A stretch of DNA of 64,000 nucleotides from Macrostomum lignano (GCA_002269645.1 NIVC01000056.1:186001-250000), one strand, 5' to 3'. Shown: positions 11,417 to 34,167, counted from the stretch's first letter. A program made the numbers and translations. The notes: generated by a model not told the origin, from the letters alone.

Positions 11417-12611
11417 ATGTCCTCCAACTCGCCGAACTCCTCGCCCTCCAAGTCCACCCTGGACGCCAATCTGTTGAACTTCCCGCCCCGCCGGGAGCGC
11501 TTCTTCGTTGCCATGGTGCCGCTGCAGGAGGCGGTGGAGGCCTGTCAACGCCTGGCGGTCAGCCCGGACACGGACGGCCAGGTGCTGTCCAGCTTCGTGC
11601 TGACGGAGACTGACCACTGGGGCAACAACTACGAGAAGCTGGTGTTCCTCACCGAGCGGTCGGTTGTGCTCAGCAAGTTCGACTTTGTCACCCGGCGGCA
11701 TCGGCACTCGCGCCGGCTGTTGTTCAGCGACCTCACCAAGGTGGCGCTGGGCGACCTGACCCTGCCGGCGCGCTCCTTGGCGCCGATGCGCTGCCACGGC
11801 GCCCTTCGACTGTTCTGGGGCGAGCCGAGCCGTGTGGGGGTGGGGCAGACCTGGAACCCCTTCAGCTCGGTGGCCATTCCCTACACCACCCTGGCTCATC
11901 ACCCGCTGCACTACTGCGAGCCCGAGGCCAAGAACCCGGTGTACGACTTGGACTGCTTCGCCTCGTCACTGATTGGCACTTTGGCTGATCGGGCACCTCA
12001 GGCATGAAACACCTGTCTGCTTGCTGGGGTTTTTCTCTGCTTTCTCTCCTCACGAGGGCCAAATCCCCAGGCTTAGCGTGCTCAGGGGGTCATCGAAATG
12101 AGCATGAGTCCCACTGAGAACGTTACCGTGACAAGAATCGCTAAAGAGTTCAAGTTGCAAACAAAACTCACTGGTGACTCTATAGCGACTCCAGCACGCC
12201 TCAGACACGACCCTACGAGTCATTATAGAAGCGCCATAAAACACCTGAAATTGACTCTTCGGCTACTCTTTGACGACGTTTTTTAGCGACTTGTACCGTG
12301 ACATCTTGTTTTAGAATCGTCCAGCAAGTGACTGTGGGGTGCTTCTTGCTTTACTGTTCTATAACAAACAGTTCACGGGGGTTTGATAAATTTGGTCCAA
12401 AAAGTAATAAATGAAAGCAAAGTGTTTTAATAAGTCTGGAAACATTGCCGTCTAAAATATGTATTACACAATTTGCTTTGCTCGGTCGCGCCCACAGGTG
12501 CAAGTGGTGTCGGAGCCGCTGCCACTGAACCTCTATCACGGCATCTCGTCAACCGTGTTCAACCAGAGCTGGCTGGGCTACTCAAAGGATCGAAATGGAG
12601 CCAGTTTTTAA
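11417..12611 (+). CDS. TPRG1L: Tumor protein p63-regulated gene 1-like (hSac2 domain), exons 11417-12001 and 12498-12611
   Basis: LTETDHWGNNYEKLVFLTERS, KFDF and WNPFSS..PYTTLAHHP, plus a terminal exon VQVVSEPLPLNLYHGISSTVFNQSWLGYSKDRNGASF, match the TPRG1 family. The intron requires a GC donor. Confidence 0.85.
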
Positions 12612-12796
12612 TATCGAGGACGCAGGTGATTTGGGACTAACGGCGCAAGTTTCTACTCAACTCAGTGTTGTGACTTTGGAAACTGTCAGGTCTATCTAGT
12701 CAAAGCAGTTTTTTCAGTTTAGCCTCTAGTCTTGTTTGAGAGCAACTTTTCAGATTGTACTTTTTTGCTACGGTGTTAGTCGGTTAAATGTTTTTT

Positions 12797-14927
12797 CTGA
12801 CCCCCAGTTAGCGACTGTCTGACCCCCAGTTAGCGACTGTCTGACCCCCAGTTAGCGACTGTCTGACCCACAGTTAGCGACTGTCTGACCCCCAGTTAGC
12901 GACTGTCTGACCCCCAGTTAGCGACTGTCTGACCCCAGTTAGCGACTGTCTGACCCCCAGTTAGCGACTGTCTGACCCCCAGTTAGCGACTGTCTGACCC
13001 CAGTTAGCGACTGTCTGACCCACAGTTAGCGACTGTCTGACCCCCAGTTAGCGACTGTCTGACCCCCAGTTAGCGACTGTCTGACCCACAGTTAGCGACT
13101 GTCTGACCCCCAGTTAGCGACTGTCTGACCCACAGTTAGCGACTGTCTGATCCACAGTTAGCGACTGTCTGACCCCCAGTTAGCGACTGTCTGACCCCGA
13201 CTGTCTGAGTTAGCGACTGTCTGACCCAGTTAGCGACTGTCTGACCCCAGTTAGCGACTGTCTGACCCCCAGTTAGCGACTGTCTGACCCCCAGTTAGCG
13301 ACTGTCTGATCCACAGTTAGCGACTGTCTGACCCCCAGTTAGCGACTGTCTGACCCCCAGTTAGCGACTGTCTGACCCCCAGTTAGCGACTGTCTGACCC
13401 CCAGTTAGCGACTGTCTGACCCACAGTTAGCGACTGTCTGATCCACAGTTAGCGACTGTCTGACCCCCAGTTAGCGACTGTCTGACCCACAGTTAGCGAC
13501 TGTCTGACCCCCAGTTAGCGACTGTCTGACCCCCAGTTAGCGACTGTCTGACCCCCAGTTAGCGACTGTCTGACCCACAGTTAGCGACTGTCTGATCCAC
13601 AGTTAGCGACTGTCTGACCCCCAGTTAGCGACTGTCTGACCCACAGTTAGCGACTGTCTGATCCACAGTTAGCGACTGTCTGACCCCCAGTTAGCGACTG
13701 TCTGACCCCCAGTTAGCGACTGTCTGACCCACAGTTAGCGACTGTCTGATCCACAGTTAGCGACTGTCTGACCCCCAGTTAGCGACTGTCTGACCCCCAG
13801 TTAGCGACTGTCTGACCCCCAGTTAGCGACTGTCTGACCCCCAGTTAGCGACTGTCTGACCCACAGTTAGCGACTGTCTGATCCACAGTTAGCGACTGTC
13901 TGACCCCCAGTTAGCGACTGTCTGACCCACAGTTAGCGACTGTCTGACCCCCAGTTAGCGACTGTCTGACCCCCAGTTAGCGACTGTCTGACCCCCAGTT
14001 AGCGACTGTCTGACCCACAGTTAGCGACTGTCTGACCCACAGTTAGCGACTGTCTGACCCACAGTTAGCGACTGTCTGACCCCCAGTTAGCGACTGTCTG
14101 ACCCCCAGTTAGCGACTGTCTGGCCCACAGTAAGCGACTGTCTGACCCCCAGTTAGCGACTGTCTGACCCACAGTAAGCGACTGTCTGACCCCCAGTTAG
14201 CGACTGTCTGACCCACAGTAAGCGACTGTCTGACCCACAGTAAGCGACTGTCTGACCCCCAGTTAGCGACTGTCTGGCCCACAGTAAGCGACTGTCTGAC
14301 CCCCAGTTAGCGACTGTCTGACCCACAGTAAGCGACTGTCTGACCCACAGTTAGCGACTGTCTGACCCCCAGTTAGCGACTGTCTGACCCCCAGTTAGCG
14401 ACTGTCTGACCCACAGTTAGCGACTGTCTGACCCCCAGTTAGCGACTGTCTGACCCACAGTTAGCGACTGTCTGATCCACAGTTAGCGACTGTCTGACCC
14501 CCAGTTAGCGACTGTCTGACCCCCAGTTAGCGACTGTCTGACCCAGTTAGCGACTGTCTGAAGCGACTGTCTGACCCCCGACTGTCTGAGTTAGCGACTG
14601 TCTGACCCACAGTTAGCGACTGTCTGACCCCCAGTTAGCGACTGTCTGACCCCCAGTTAGCGACTGTCTGACCCCCAGTTAGCGACTGTCTGACCCACAG
14701 TAGCGACTGTCTGACCCCAGTTAGCGACTGTCTGACCCACAGCGACTGTCTGACCCCCGACTGTCTGACCCCCGACTGTCTGACCGACTGTCTGACAGTT
14801 AGCGACTGTCTGACCCCCGACTGTCTGAGCGACTGTCTGACCCCCAGTTAGCGACTGTCTGACCCCCAGTTAGCGACTGTCTGACCCCCAGTTAGCGACT
14901 GTCTGACCCCAGTTAGCGACTGTCTGA
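12797..14927. repeat. 22-bp minisatellite, about 2.1 kb
   Basis: Unit CTGACCCCCAGTTAGCGACTGT with CCCAC and ATCCAC variants; degenerates at the right end. Confidence 0.97.
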
Positions 14928-15739
14928 CTGCTACTTAATTAACTTTGACCGTTTGACAATTGTTTTTTTAGTCTCGTTGTGCGTTGAAGCCCGCCCTGTT
15001 CCCCTGTTTTGGGTGTTTTAAGTTTTATAAGTTCTAATTTACTAAGAGAGCCGTATAGACCGGATGCTGTACGGAGCTGGGATATTTAGGGAAGTCCACC
15101 ATTTTTTGCTTGCTGTTGGCTGTGAATATCGCCGCGGTATTTTATTAGAAAGTATCCCTAGAACTGTTTTGAATTTTAATATTCGGTCGTTTTATCAACT
15201 GGAATATCGCACCATCTATCATAGATTACTCATCGATCAATATTCTAATATTTTATATTAATTTGCTGTCTTTGCTGTGCTTCTTTATTGTCTCGTGCGT
15301 TTAACCCCGTAGCAGCTTTTTGCCACTGTTTTTGTGCGATGCCTTTGCAACACCATTTCCTGTTTTCAGTCATAAAAATAAAATTCAACGCTACTCATGC
15401 TACTGCTTAGCAGTAGTCTAAAACGAACCTTATTTGTTTTAATTAACAATAAATTTGTGATTTACGCATAAAACGCCTCGTTATCGGGATGTCTGTAGAT
15501 TGTTATCAAGCACTATATCACACTTGAAGAATTAGGTTTTGTTTTTGTACTGTATTTATCCTCTTCTTTCACATTAAAGTACACAGGGCCAAGTCTGATT
15601 GGAAGTCGGTGAGAGTTGGAAAATAGAAACTGATGATGAGTGGAAAAAATGGGAACACGTGCGAACGACCATCGACATTCTACCCGTAACTGCTGCAAAA
15701 TGGCGAATTGCTCAATCGCTCTGACACTAAATGGTCATA

Positions 15740-16912
15740 ACTGAGATACAGAGTCGTCACAACTGATACAGAGTCACTCTAACTGACACTGAATCGCCAC
15801 AACTGATACAGAGTCGCTCTAACTGACAATGAATCGTCACAACTGATACAGAGTCACTCTAACTGACACTGAATCGCCACAACTGATACAGAGTCGCTCT
15901 AACTGACACTGAATCGTCACAACTGATACAGAGTCACTCTAACTGACACTGAATCGTCACAACTGATACAGAGTCACTCTAACTGACACTGAATCGTCAC
16001 AACTGATACAGAGTCACTCTAACTGACACTGAATCGTCACAACTGACACTGAATCTTCACAACTGACACTGAATCTTCACAACTGACACTGAATCTTCAC
16101 AACTGACACTGAATCGTCATAACTGACACTGAATCGTCATAACTGACACTGAATCGTCATAACTGACACTGAATCTTCACAACTGACACTGAATCGTCAT
16201 AACTGACACTGAATCGTCATAACTGACACTGAATCGTCACAACTGACACTGAATCGTCATAACTGACACTGAATCGTCACAATTGATACAGAGTCGCTCT
16301 AACTGACACTGAATCGTCACAACTGATACAGAGTCACTCTAACTGACAGAATCGTCACAACTGACACTGAATCTTCACAACTGACACTGAATCGTCACAA
16401 CTGATACAGAGTCACTCTAACTGACAGAATCGTCACAACTGACACTGAATCTTCACAACTGACACTGAATCGTCACAACTGATACAGAGTCACTCTAACT
16501 GACAGAATCGTCACAACTGACACTGAATCTTCACAACTGACACTGAATCGTCACAACTGATACAGAGTCACTCTAACTGACACTGAATCGTCACAACTGA
16601 TACAGAGTCACTCTAACTGACACTGAATCGTCACAACTGACACTGAATCTTCACAACTGACACTGAATCGTCACAACTGATACAGAGTCACTCTAACTGA
16701 CAGAATCGTTACAACTGACACTGAATCTTCACAACTGTCACTGAATCGTCACAACTGACACTGAATCGTCATAACTGACACCGAATCGTCATAACTGACA
16801 CTGAATCGTCACAACTGACACTGAATCGTCATAACTGACACTGAATCGTCATAACTGACACTGAATCGCTCTAACTGACAGAATCTTCACAACTGATACA
16901 GAATCGCACTAA
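15740..16912. repeat. 20-bp minisatellite with alternating monomers (40-bp higher-order unit)
   Basis: AACTGACACTGAATCGTCAC alternates with AACTGATACAGAGTCACTCT. Confidence 0.95.
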
Positions 16913-17983
16913 CTACGGTAGAACCAGCAAAATGTATGTAGAATCGACACTAACTCTTTAAAATCGCTTAAAACTGCTGCAGAATGGCCCCTAGCAGCTG
17001 CAGAAGCACGCTTGAACGATAGACAGTGCAGCAGTTTAGAAAAGAATTGAAACCGACAGCAGCCGCATTGAATTGTGAAATTAATATCGTGTGAAATATT
17101 AATTATATATGAACAGGCAATCAGCCGGTTTGCAATTGTATTATGTGTATGTAAACAAAGCATTTACAAAACTACCAATGCTAGTTGATATAAAAACGGC
17201 GAACAATGGTGAAACATTATTATTCTCATTATTATTTTAAATCGGTATGCAATTAGCAGTTGAAATTATTCTGAACAAAGCAGGCGGTGACTGTGACAGT
17301 TGTTTGCCAAGCGGCAATCAACAATAAACTGACAGCAAAAAGTGCACTGCAATTAGACAGGAGCAGCTCGAACGGGAGGGGAGTTTAAAGACCAGCTAAT
17401 GGGTATATAAAATAAGCAGAAGCCTGTTCAAGGGTCCTCACGGTCTCCTACAAATAGTTCTTGCACTGGCCACCCAATCACTGGCTCTGGCGCAGATTAA
17501 AATATTGAAACTGTTTATCTGCGTAGTCAGTAAATGGCTGCACAGCCAGTATGTACACAGGAACTGCCAGAGCCAGCAGAAACTAATCATTCAATTATAT
17601 GCAACAGGTGAATATGCACGGACAGCATAAATATAGTATAAATATAGAAATAGCAGTTAGAACGGGACAACAAAGGAACACGGAAGGTCATTTACTTACA
17701 GAGAAGGTGCCCAAGGCCGATTTAGATTGAAGAGACAATCTCTAGGGAGATGGGGAAATGCAGGAGAGTGAACTAGCTGGATACAGGCTGGGTCAGAGCC
17801 GAAGAAATTTATAAAAAAAGGTCAATTTGAATAACACAACGGCGCAAGGAAGATGATTTTGTGAAGAAGAGTTGGATGATCAGAGTTGCAAAATAAAGCA
17901 ATTGAAACAGAAGAGACCAGCACGGAGCCGCTCCGCTTATTAAAAACAAAGGCAAATGTCTGCTTGGCCCATGGGCGGCGGCC

Positions 17984-27238
<9,255 letters not shown>

Positions 27239-27408
27239 CTGATTGTCGGTTTGGTGAGCATTTTGGTGTCTGAATTACTTCTTTAACTAATAACTTTGTG
27301 CAGTACACTGTGGATATAAGTTTTGTAAGATGTATCTAAAATAGCCTTATGTTTAAATAAAATTGTAAAAAATTCGTTTCTTTTCTTTGATTTTTTGTGT
27401 GGTTACAC

Positions 27409-27983
27409 AAGGGGTCGGCAAACTCTGACTCGCGAGCCACACGCGGCTCGCAGAGCCTCTCTATTTGGCCCTCGGGCCTTTTGAAACTTCACAATAGCAA
27501 TCCGTTCTTATCTCTTCTCAGCGCTCTCCTCTCTACATGTAATATCCACTCCACTCTTTTTCTCTCTCTTCTCTTCTCACTCCTCTATTCTCTTCTCAAT
27601 CATCTACTCTTTAGTCTCTCCTCGCCATTCTCTTTATCTCCTCTCCTCTCATCTCCTCCTCTCCTAACCATTCTCTTCATCTCCTCTCCTCCTCTCCTAA
27701 CCATTCTCTTCATCTCCTCTCCTCCTCTCCTAACCATTCTCTTCATCTCCTCTCCTCCTCTCCTCTCCTTTCCATTCTCCTATCCATTATCCTTATCTCC
27801 TCTCCATTCTCCTCATCTCCTCTCCTCTCTCCACCCCTCTCTTCTCCTTTATTCTCTACCCTCTCCTTTCCCCTATATCCCTTCTCTCTCCTTTATTCTC
27901 TCTCCTCACTCCCCTCCTCCGGTCTGCAGTCATTATCTAGGTTATCTATCTGGCCTTTGAGGTAAAAAGTTTGCCGACCTATG
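27409..27983. mobile_element. hAT-type non-autonomous DNA transposon (MITE) carrying a CT-rich tract
   Basis: TIRs AAGGGGTCGGCAAACT and AGTTTGCCGACCTATG resemble the CAGGGGTCGGCAAACT hAT end. Flanks GGTTACAC and GGTTACAA form an 8-bp TSD with one mismatch. Confidence 0.75.
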
Positions 27984-27989
27984 GGTTAC

Positions 27990-30900
27990 AAAAATAGAGC
28001 ACAAATCCATGTTTGGCAAGAGTTACCCGTTTTTAAAACAAAACATGCACAAAAACTAAGAAACCTGGCTTAATATTGTTGATGATTGTTGCAAGTTTTA
28101 ACTTCAATAGCTTGTAATTGTTTTTTGGCAAATAAAGTAAGTTGCTAACAATAGAAAAAAACAGCAGTGGTTTTAACTAAAAATGGTGCTTATATGAACA
28201 GATATGCAATTAACAGCTCAGCCACAGCTATTGCATGACACACGTCACATCTGAAGGTTGCATATGGCTGTTCAGTCCAAGGACTGGGGGGTTGCCACAC
28301 ACCCTGAATTACCCCAGCTAATGCTGGCACCCACTTTATAGCTAGGTGAACCAAAGCAATATAGAGTTAAGTATCTTGCTCAATGACACAAATTGTTCTA
28401 GGTGGGACAATAATTGAGCCATTGACCTTCAAGTTATGACATACATGTGCAACACCTGGCCTAGCAGGGGCCAGTCAAGGTAAGCCACGAAAAATGCCCA
28501 CCTAGAAATACAGATTTAGTATTAATTAGATGACTTTAGCCTTAAAGATTTAGTCAAAGTTAGTCTAACCATTTATCCAAAATTACATTAATTTTTGCTT
28601 TGGTTTCTTACATAGGTAAGTCTTAGTTTTGATCAGAAAGTAAGTCCCATGGCCAGAATAAAGCAGGGGGGCTGTGTATGTAAGTCATAAGCATAACTAA
28701 CCTTTGAGCATAATACATTGTCTTGGATATCAATGTTTTATTTTAGTCATGTGTATTAGTTTGTATTTTAATTTTTTGATTTGTTTACTAAATGTGAAGG
28801 TAAATGAATGCACTTTGATTAAAATAAGTATCTTTATATATAAAAAACTTTTTAGGAATATTTTAAGACTTTAAAATTTGATACACCTTTATAAGTCAAG
28901 TTATAATATATTTATGTTCTGTATTTATTATATTTTATTTTTAATAATACTAAATAGTTTTAATTAGTAACTAAAATGAATACTATTAGAAGTATTCAGT
29001 ATACCTGAAGATAAAAACTATTACATATCTTCCTAACACAATTTTTTGTTTAAATTCTTATTCAATTATTTGTTAATAATTCGTAAAATTTAAATTAATA
29101 AATATAGGTAACAAAAAATCAAATTATAAACTGTAGTCATCTATAGTAATGAAATAAAATAAAATATACTTTGCATTGACTAGAAATAGAATAGGTGGTT
29201 AAAATCAAAATTTCTTCTTATTAGATTTCAAATATTATATTGTAAATGTGTATTGACTTTTATAATAGATTAATATATTTCTTTATGTGCATAGCTCGTC
29301 CCAATTCTTTTACAAAATTGATAATTGCATAACTCATTTTGATTGCATGCCAAATCTAGGAAAACACATTTGTTATAATACCTATATTTTTCATAATATT
29401 TTATGTGAACTAATTTGTGTTTAAACTAGCAGTAAATTATAGTATAAATAGAAGCATTTTTGTCGGAGAGTTATTTATTGATTGGTTTCTTTATATTTAA
29501 CAATTAAGACTAAAAATGGGTCAATAAAATTCAGAAATGTAAATAAATTAACAATAGATTGTACAGTCCAGCGGAGCGCTCACAAAGTTAAAATGAGAGA
29601 AGGAGAGAGAGATAAATGAGCACAAGTGTACACCTGGAATACTCTAAAGAGGGCACTGGCACAATGATTGGCAAGTTGCTTATTTAGGATTGGTTTATGC
29701 AATTTTATATACAGGGCTTCAAGCACTTTTAGTCTGTATTCATTTGAGCATATATGGATGGTGGAAAAGTTTTTATCTATTTGGCTGTCATAGAGCAGAG
29801 CAAGATTCCTATATTAGCTTTAATGGATTAATGCTTATTAATGATTATCAGTTAACTTTCAGTTAATTTAACAAAATTAAGAGTTTATAAGTTAATATTT
29901 TTTGTTTTAATGCTAACACTTTTGCCATTAATGGAAGTTAAGATTTTCATTAATGGTATCTAACACAGTTCTTTGAATCTATATTGCTTAAAACCTACTT
30001 AAACTAAAGAAGTGAAAACCATATGATCTATAATCTCTTTTGCTATTGTATACTTGTATTTTTGTGATAGTTTTTGCTATAGGGAAATTTTTAGTGCTAA
30101 ATCAATAGTTTGGCATCTTATTTTTCACTTTCAAGTACCATAGGCACTAGGCTTATCAAAAAGTAACTTTTGTCACCAAGTCTAGCATTCTAAAAAATGA
30201 ACTAGAAAAAGTGCCACTTAAAAAAAGTAATCTATAGTACTAAAAATGCTGAAACTCAAACTTTGCTCAATACTAATTATACAATTATTCAAGAATCTTG
30301 TAATAAACAAAATTATATATACAAAAATGATATCTCATTATAAGTTTTATATGATTCAAAAATCTTATCTAAAAAATAAGCTTTATAATATAGGCCTATG
30401 TAATTTATTTAAATTTCTTTTTTTTCAAAGTTTTTATTTGCCAATAGATAAATTGACTATATAATAAGCAAGCCTATAGTATTATGCATGGTTATATTAT
30501 ATTAATATATCAATTGGTTTCAAAATTAGTATAAATACAGAGTGAAAGGTAAAAAAAATAGACATGGCACAACTTATAGTATTTTGAGCTTATCCTCCAC
30601 TTTGTTGCAAACTAGCCAAATATTCAAGTTAGGTTTATGTATTCTAGTATATAAAGCTTTAGCAAATTTTAATTTATTATTATATTTATAATATTTAATT
30701 AATAATTTCATTATTAATTTATTAACAGTTTTTAGACTAGTTTGTTCATAAATATACTAGTATATTAGGATTATTTGGATTGAATTAGCCCTAACAATAT
30801 CTATGATAGACAAATTTTGATAAACTTGTTATAAGTTCATTATCTTATAACTATTCAATAAGATTCATATTTTTGAGCTATTGTTTTTTGCAGACAAAAG

Positions 30901-31640
30901 AGTGGCAGACAAACTGATAGGCAGACAAATGACTAGGTCTATTATTGTATTAACTGCTTGTTTTAGTCTAGGCATAATTAAGAATAAAGTAAATATATAG
31001 GTATTTAAAATACATAGAATCTTTAGTTACTTACTGGTGGCCGATTTGGGTACATTCTTTTGGCTGACTTTATGTTTTTCTGTTTAGTTGAATCAATGGT
31101 GCTGGCTTTTATATTAGTTTTTTAGTTAAAATTAGCTAGTGACAACTGTGGTCAACAATATATAATTCAATTTTATCAAATTGAAATCCAAAATATTAGA
31201 TAGACCTAAAGAATAAGTGGAATCTTCAACACACAAGGTTTCTCCTATGTCAAGTAATTTAGGCCTAACTAAACAAAGTTTTAAATGGCATGGGTGTTTC
31301 ACAGTAAATGACAAATTTTCTATTAGGCCTATATTTCAGACATTTGGCCTAGAAATATTTGTTGTGAATTAGTAAATATAAAACAAAATTAATTTTTACC
31401 AACCAATAACACGAATTATTCGCTTTGGTTAGGCCTATGTCAAAAGAAATAAATAACTAACTTAGAAAGCTAACCACACCATAAAAAATCGGACAAAGAG
31501 ACGAACAAATAGCAAATAACGCTTTCTTTAGTTTAAAATTACCAGATTTCGTATAGGCATGTATAAAAATTAGTCTGAAAATATTTTTTTAATTATTTGC
31601 ATTTCAGTCACTTCTGCATTTCCGAAACTTTAAGATTTTG
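27990..31640. other. AT-rich, strongly CpG-depleted block upstream of the TLE Q-domain exon
   Basis: About 10 CpG counted by eye in 3.4 kb. TA and CTAG are abundant. Shares motifs with the 1-1431 block. Confidence 0.5.
28320..28440 (-). mobile_element. Degenerate SINE-like fragment
   Basis: AAGTATCTTGCTCAATGACACAA...AATTGAGCCATTGACC resembles a SINE central region next to an antisense B-box. Judged by resemblance only. Confidence 0.3.
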
Positions 31641-32039
31641 TTTTAATTGTTTGTTTAACTTTAATTTTATAGATTACGGCCGTCGACAATTGCCTTAACC
31701 TGCTGTCAATGAGAAGGGGTCGTTCCAATACGCCAATTTTTTTAACGTCTGAGTAAATTTTTTAAGTGTGACGTTGTCCATCCAAGTAGCCCCGTGAAGG
31801 GCCGTTTTAGCATGCGGTACCAATTTATAATATTGTTAATTTAATGGTCCAGTCCTCTCACGCGTACGTCTGCTTTAAGTAGTGCCCAAAGAATTTTAAA
31901 CAACTTGCGTACATTTGTAAAGCCTAAGTACAGTAGGCGATCGATAATTTCTGCTTTTTTCTCGCCGGTCAATAGAAAATCCGCGCATAAATTATATGTT
32001 AGCCTGAAATTAAGGTTTCCGCGCGCACCCACCCGGCCC

Positions 32040-32330
32040 AGCCCGCGATCCTTAGGCCTTTTCATATTACCAATTCCAGAACCAGAATCGGTTCGGAATT
32101 CCAAGAAAAACAGCAGTATAACTATTAAACTCTGTTAATATTTGACTGCCTTAACAACATAACTTAGCACAATTTTTCACTTTCTTCTTGGCGATTGTCA
32201 TTCAATAATAAAAACTTTATAGCACGTATCTCCCTCTAGTTATGGAGACAAAAAGTTATACTTCACAAATTGGTTCTGGTTCTGGAACCAGAACAAGCAA
32301 TATGAAAAGGCCCCTTATCAGTCCTGTCTG
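32040..32330. repeat. Imperfect inverted repeat (possible MITE)
   Basis: GGCCTTTTTCATATT...TTCCAGAACCAGAA (~32055-32090) pairs with TTCTGGTTCTGGAA...AATATGAAAAGGCC (~32274-32312). Confidence 0.5.
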
Positions 32331-32935
32331 GCTGGGGCGCTCGGGGTTATCCCGCCTTAGACCCCTTAGACCTTTGCCACCCCGGCACTCCTTGTTTGCT
32401 TGCCTTCTCTCTCCGCCTCGCTCCGCCACAGTTCTAAACCACGCCTCTGCCAAATCTCAGTCACGCCACCTCTACTGTCTGTACGGCTAGCTCTCGCTAC
32501 GAGCACCGCCACCACGTACGTTCACCGCCATCACATCGTCACTATTGCCTCAGGCTCATCGACTCACTCTATCGTCTACCATCTATATTTTTGTTGCGTA
32601 GCCGCCCAGTGCATTTCTTACGGATTCAGCAAGTACTCTGATCTATCTCTGTTGACCACACCCAGACGGAATTGATAATAGCAAGCCTCCTCTCATACGG
32701 TTACAATAAACAAAGACTGCTGCCGTTGCCCGCATCAGTCGGTACTAGCATCAAGTGCTACCGCTACAAAATTTGCCTCTGCCGTGTTTGTCTTCGTTGA
32801 TTACTTTCGAGGCCACCGGATAATCGTCACAAAAGGATCGAAACGTCATACAAGGCTGAAATCTCATAACGCCGAAAATTCAAGATTCAGCATCTTTCAC
32901 TAGACCGAAAATTTGTAACGCCATAGCCAAAAAAG

Positions 32936-33455
32936 ACACGTTTTTATCTTCAATCTCATACAAACTCCATTCACTTTAGACAATCGGAAGTTGAACTCTA
33001 GCTCTGTACATGTAAATCTACATTTACCGGTATTTTAGACAAACTCTTATCAATATAGACAGCAGGCACAAATAATTTGTATGAGGAAGAAAGCATATGT
33101 TGTTTGGAACAAAACTTCATTTCATTTTCGCTATAGATCGCTAGGATCGCTAGCACAGCTGGGATAAAATACTCCTTCGGCGGAAGGGTGGGCGCCCACC
33201 TAACCAAAACGAGACATTGGGCGAACGACCAAGCGCCAACAATATAATGGCTTTCTTCCTCATACAGTACAAATTTGTGCTTGCTGTCGATATTAAATAG
33301 GAGTTTGTCTAAAATGAATGTAGACAGAGAATTGAATGTTCAAAAAGACCATAGAAGACCATCAACATACAGTCAGTACAGAGCTTAGAAGTGTCGAAGC
33401 TGCTGCATGTATTGTCTAAAGTGAATTAGAGTTTGAATGAAGGTAAAATGGTGTA
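32936..33455. mobile_element. Foldback or Mutator-like MITE with long imperfect inverted arms
   Basis: Arm ~32936-33095 (…CACTTTAGACAAT…ATTTTAGACAAACTC…TGTATGAGGAAGAAAGC) is the reverse complement of ~33251-33455. No TSD identified. Confidence 0.7.
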
Positions 33456-34167
33456 CTTACAAGGGCCTCTCACAAGAACTTAGTGTCCGAAAGACATAAA
33501 GACCAAAAGTTAAAGACCAAAACTTTTAAGAACTTAGCCTTAACTCTAACCCAAACCAACTTTACTCCGGTCTTGCACGTAACTCATACCCATCAACATT
33601 CAGACATGCAAGGACCACGTAGGTTACCGTGGTCCTTGCATTCATAAATTTCAGCTTCCACATTATAAAAGTACGTCGTTCATGCTGTCTCGAGGTAAAT
33701 AAAGTATTTTCTTTCATCTATGATTAAAATTTTAGTTCTTTTAAATAAAAATTATTGGAAAGAGCATTCAGTTATTTTAATCATATTTTGTGCAAGTTTA
33801 ATTCGTTTACGTACATCATGCACATGTATACATGCATATGCCATGGCTATTTTTTCCTGTTGATTTAAAGGGTCACATGGATACATACATTCACATTCAT
33901 GTAAATACATACATACCTTGTATGTCCACGAACTAGATCGAGGTTTGCTTTTTAATTTTTGAAATACGCCATGTACGAGCGTAAGTAACAGTGGTACATT
34001 CTGTATTTAAGTGCCCTACTGCCCCATACATGTACATGTACATACCTTTACATTGATTCGAATGCATATACGAGTTCACATGTACATGTACAATTAATTG
34101 TACCCGTACGAACGTACGTCTTCTGTAAATGTCATACATGTACAACCATGTAAATTATACAGTAGCA

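Noticed and set aside
27990-31640. Possible mitochondrial insertion (numt) or foreign AT-rich DNA
   Set aside because: No recognizable mitochondrial protein, rRNA or tRNA motif was found, and the block shares motifs with another nuclear repeat block.
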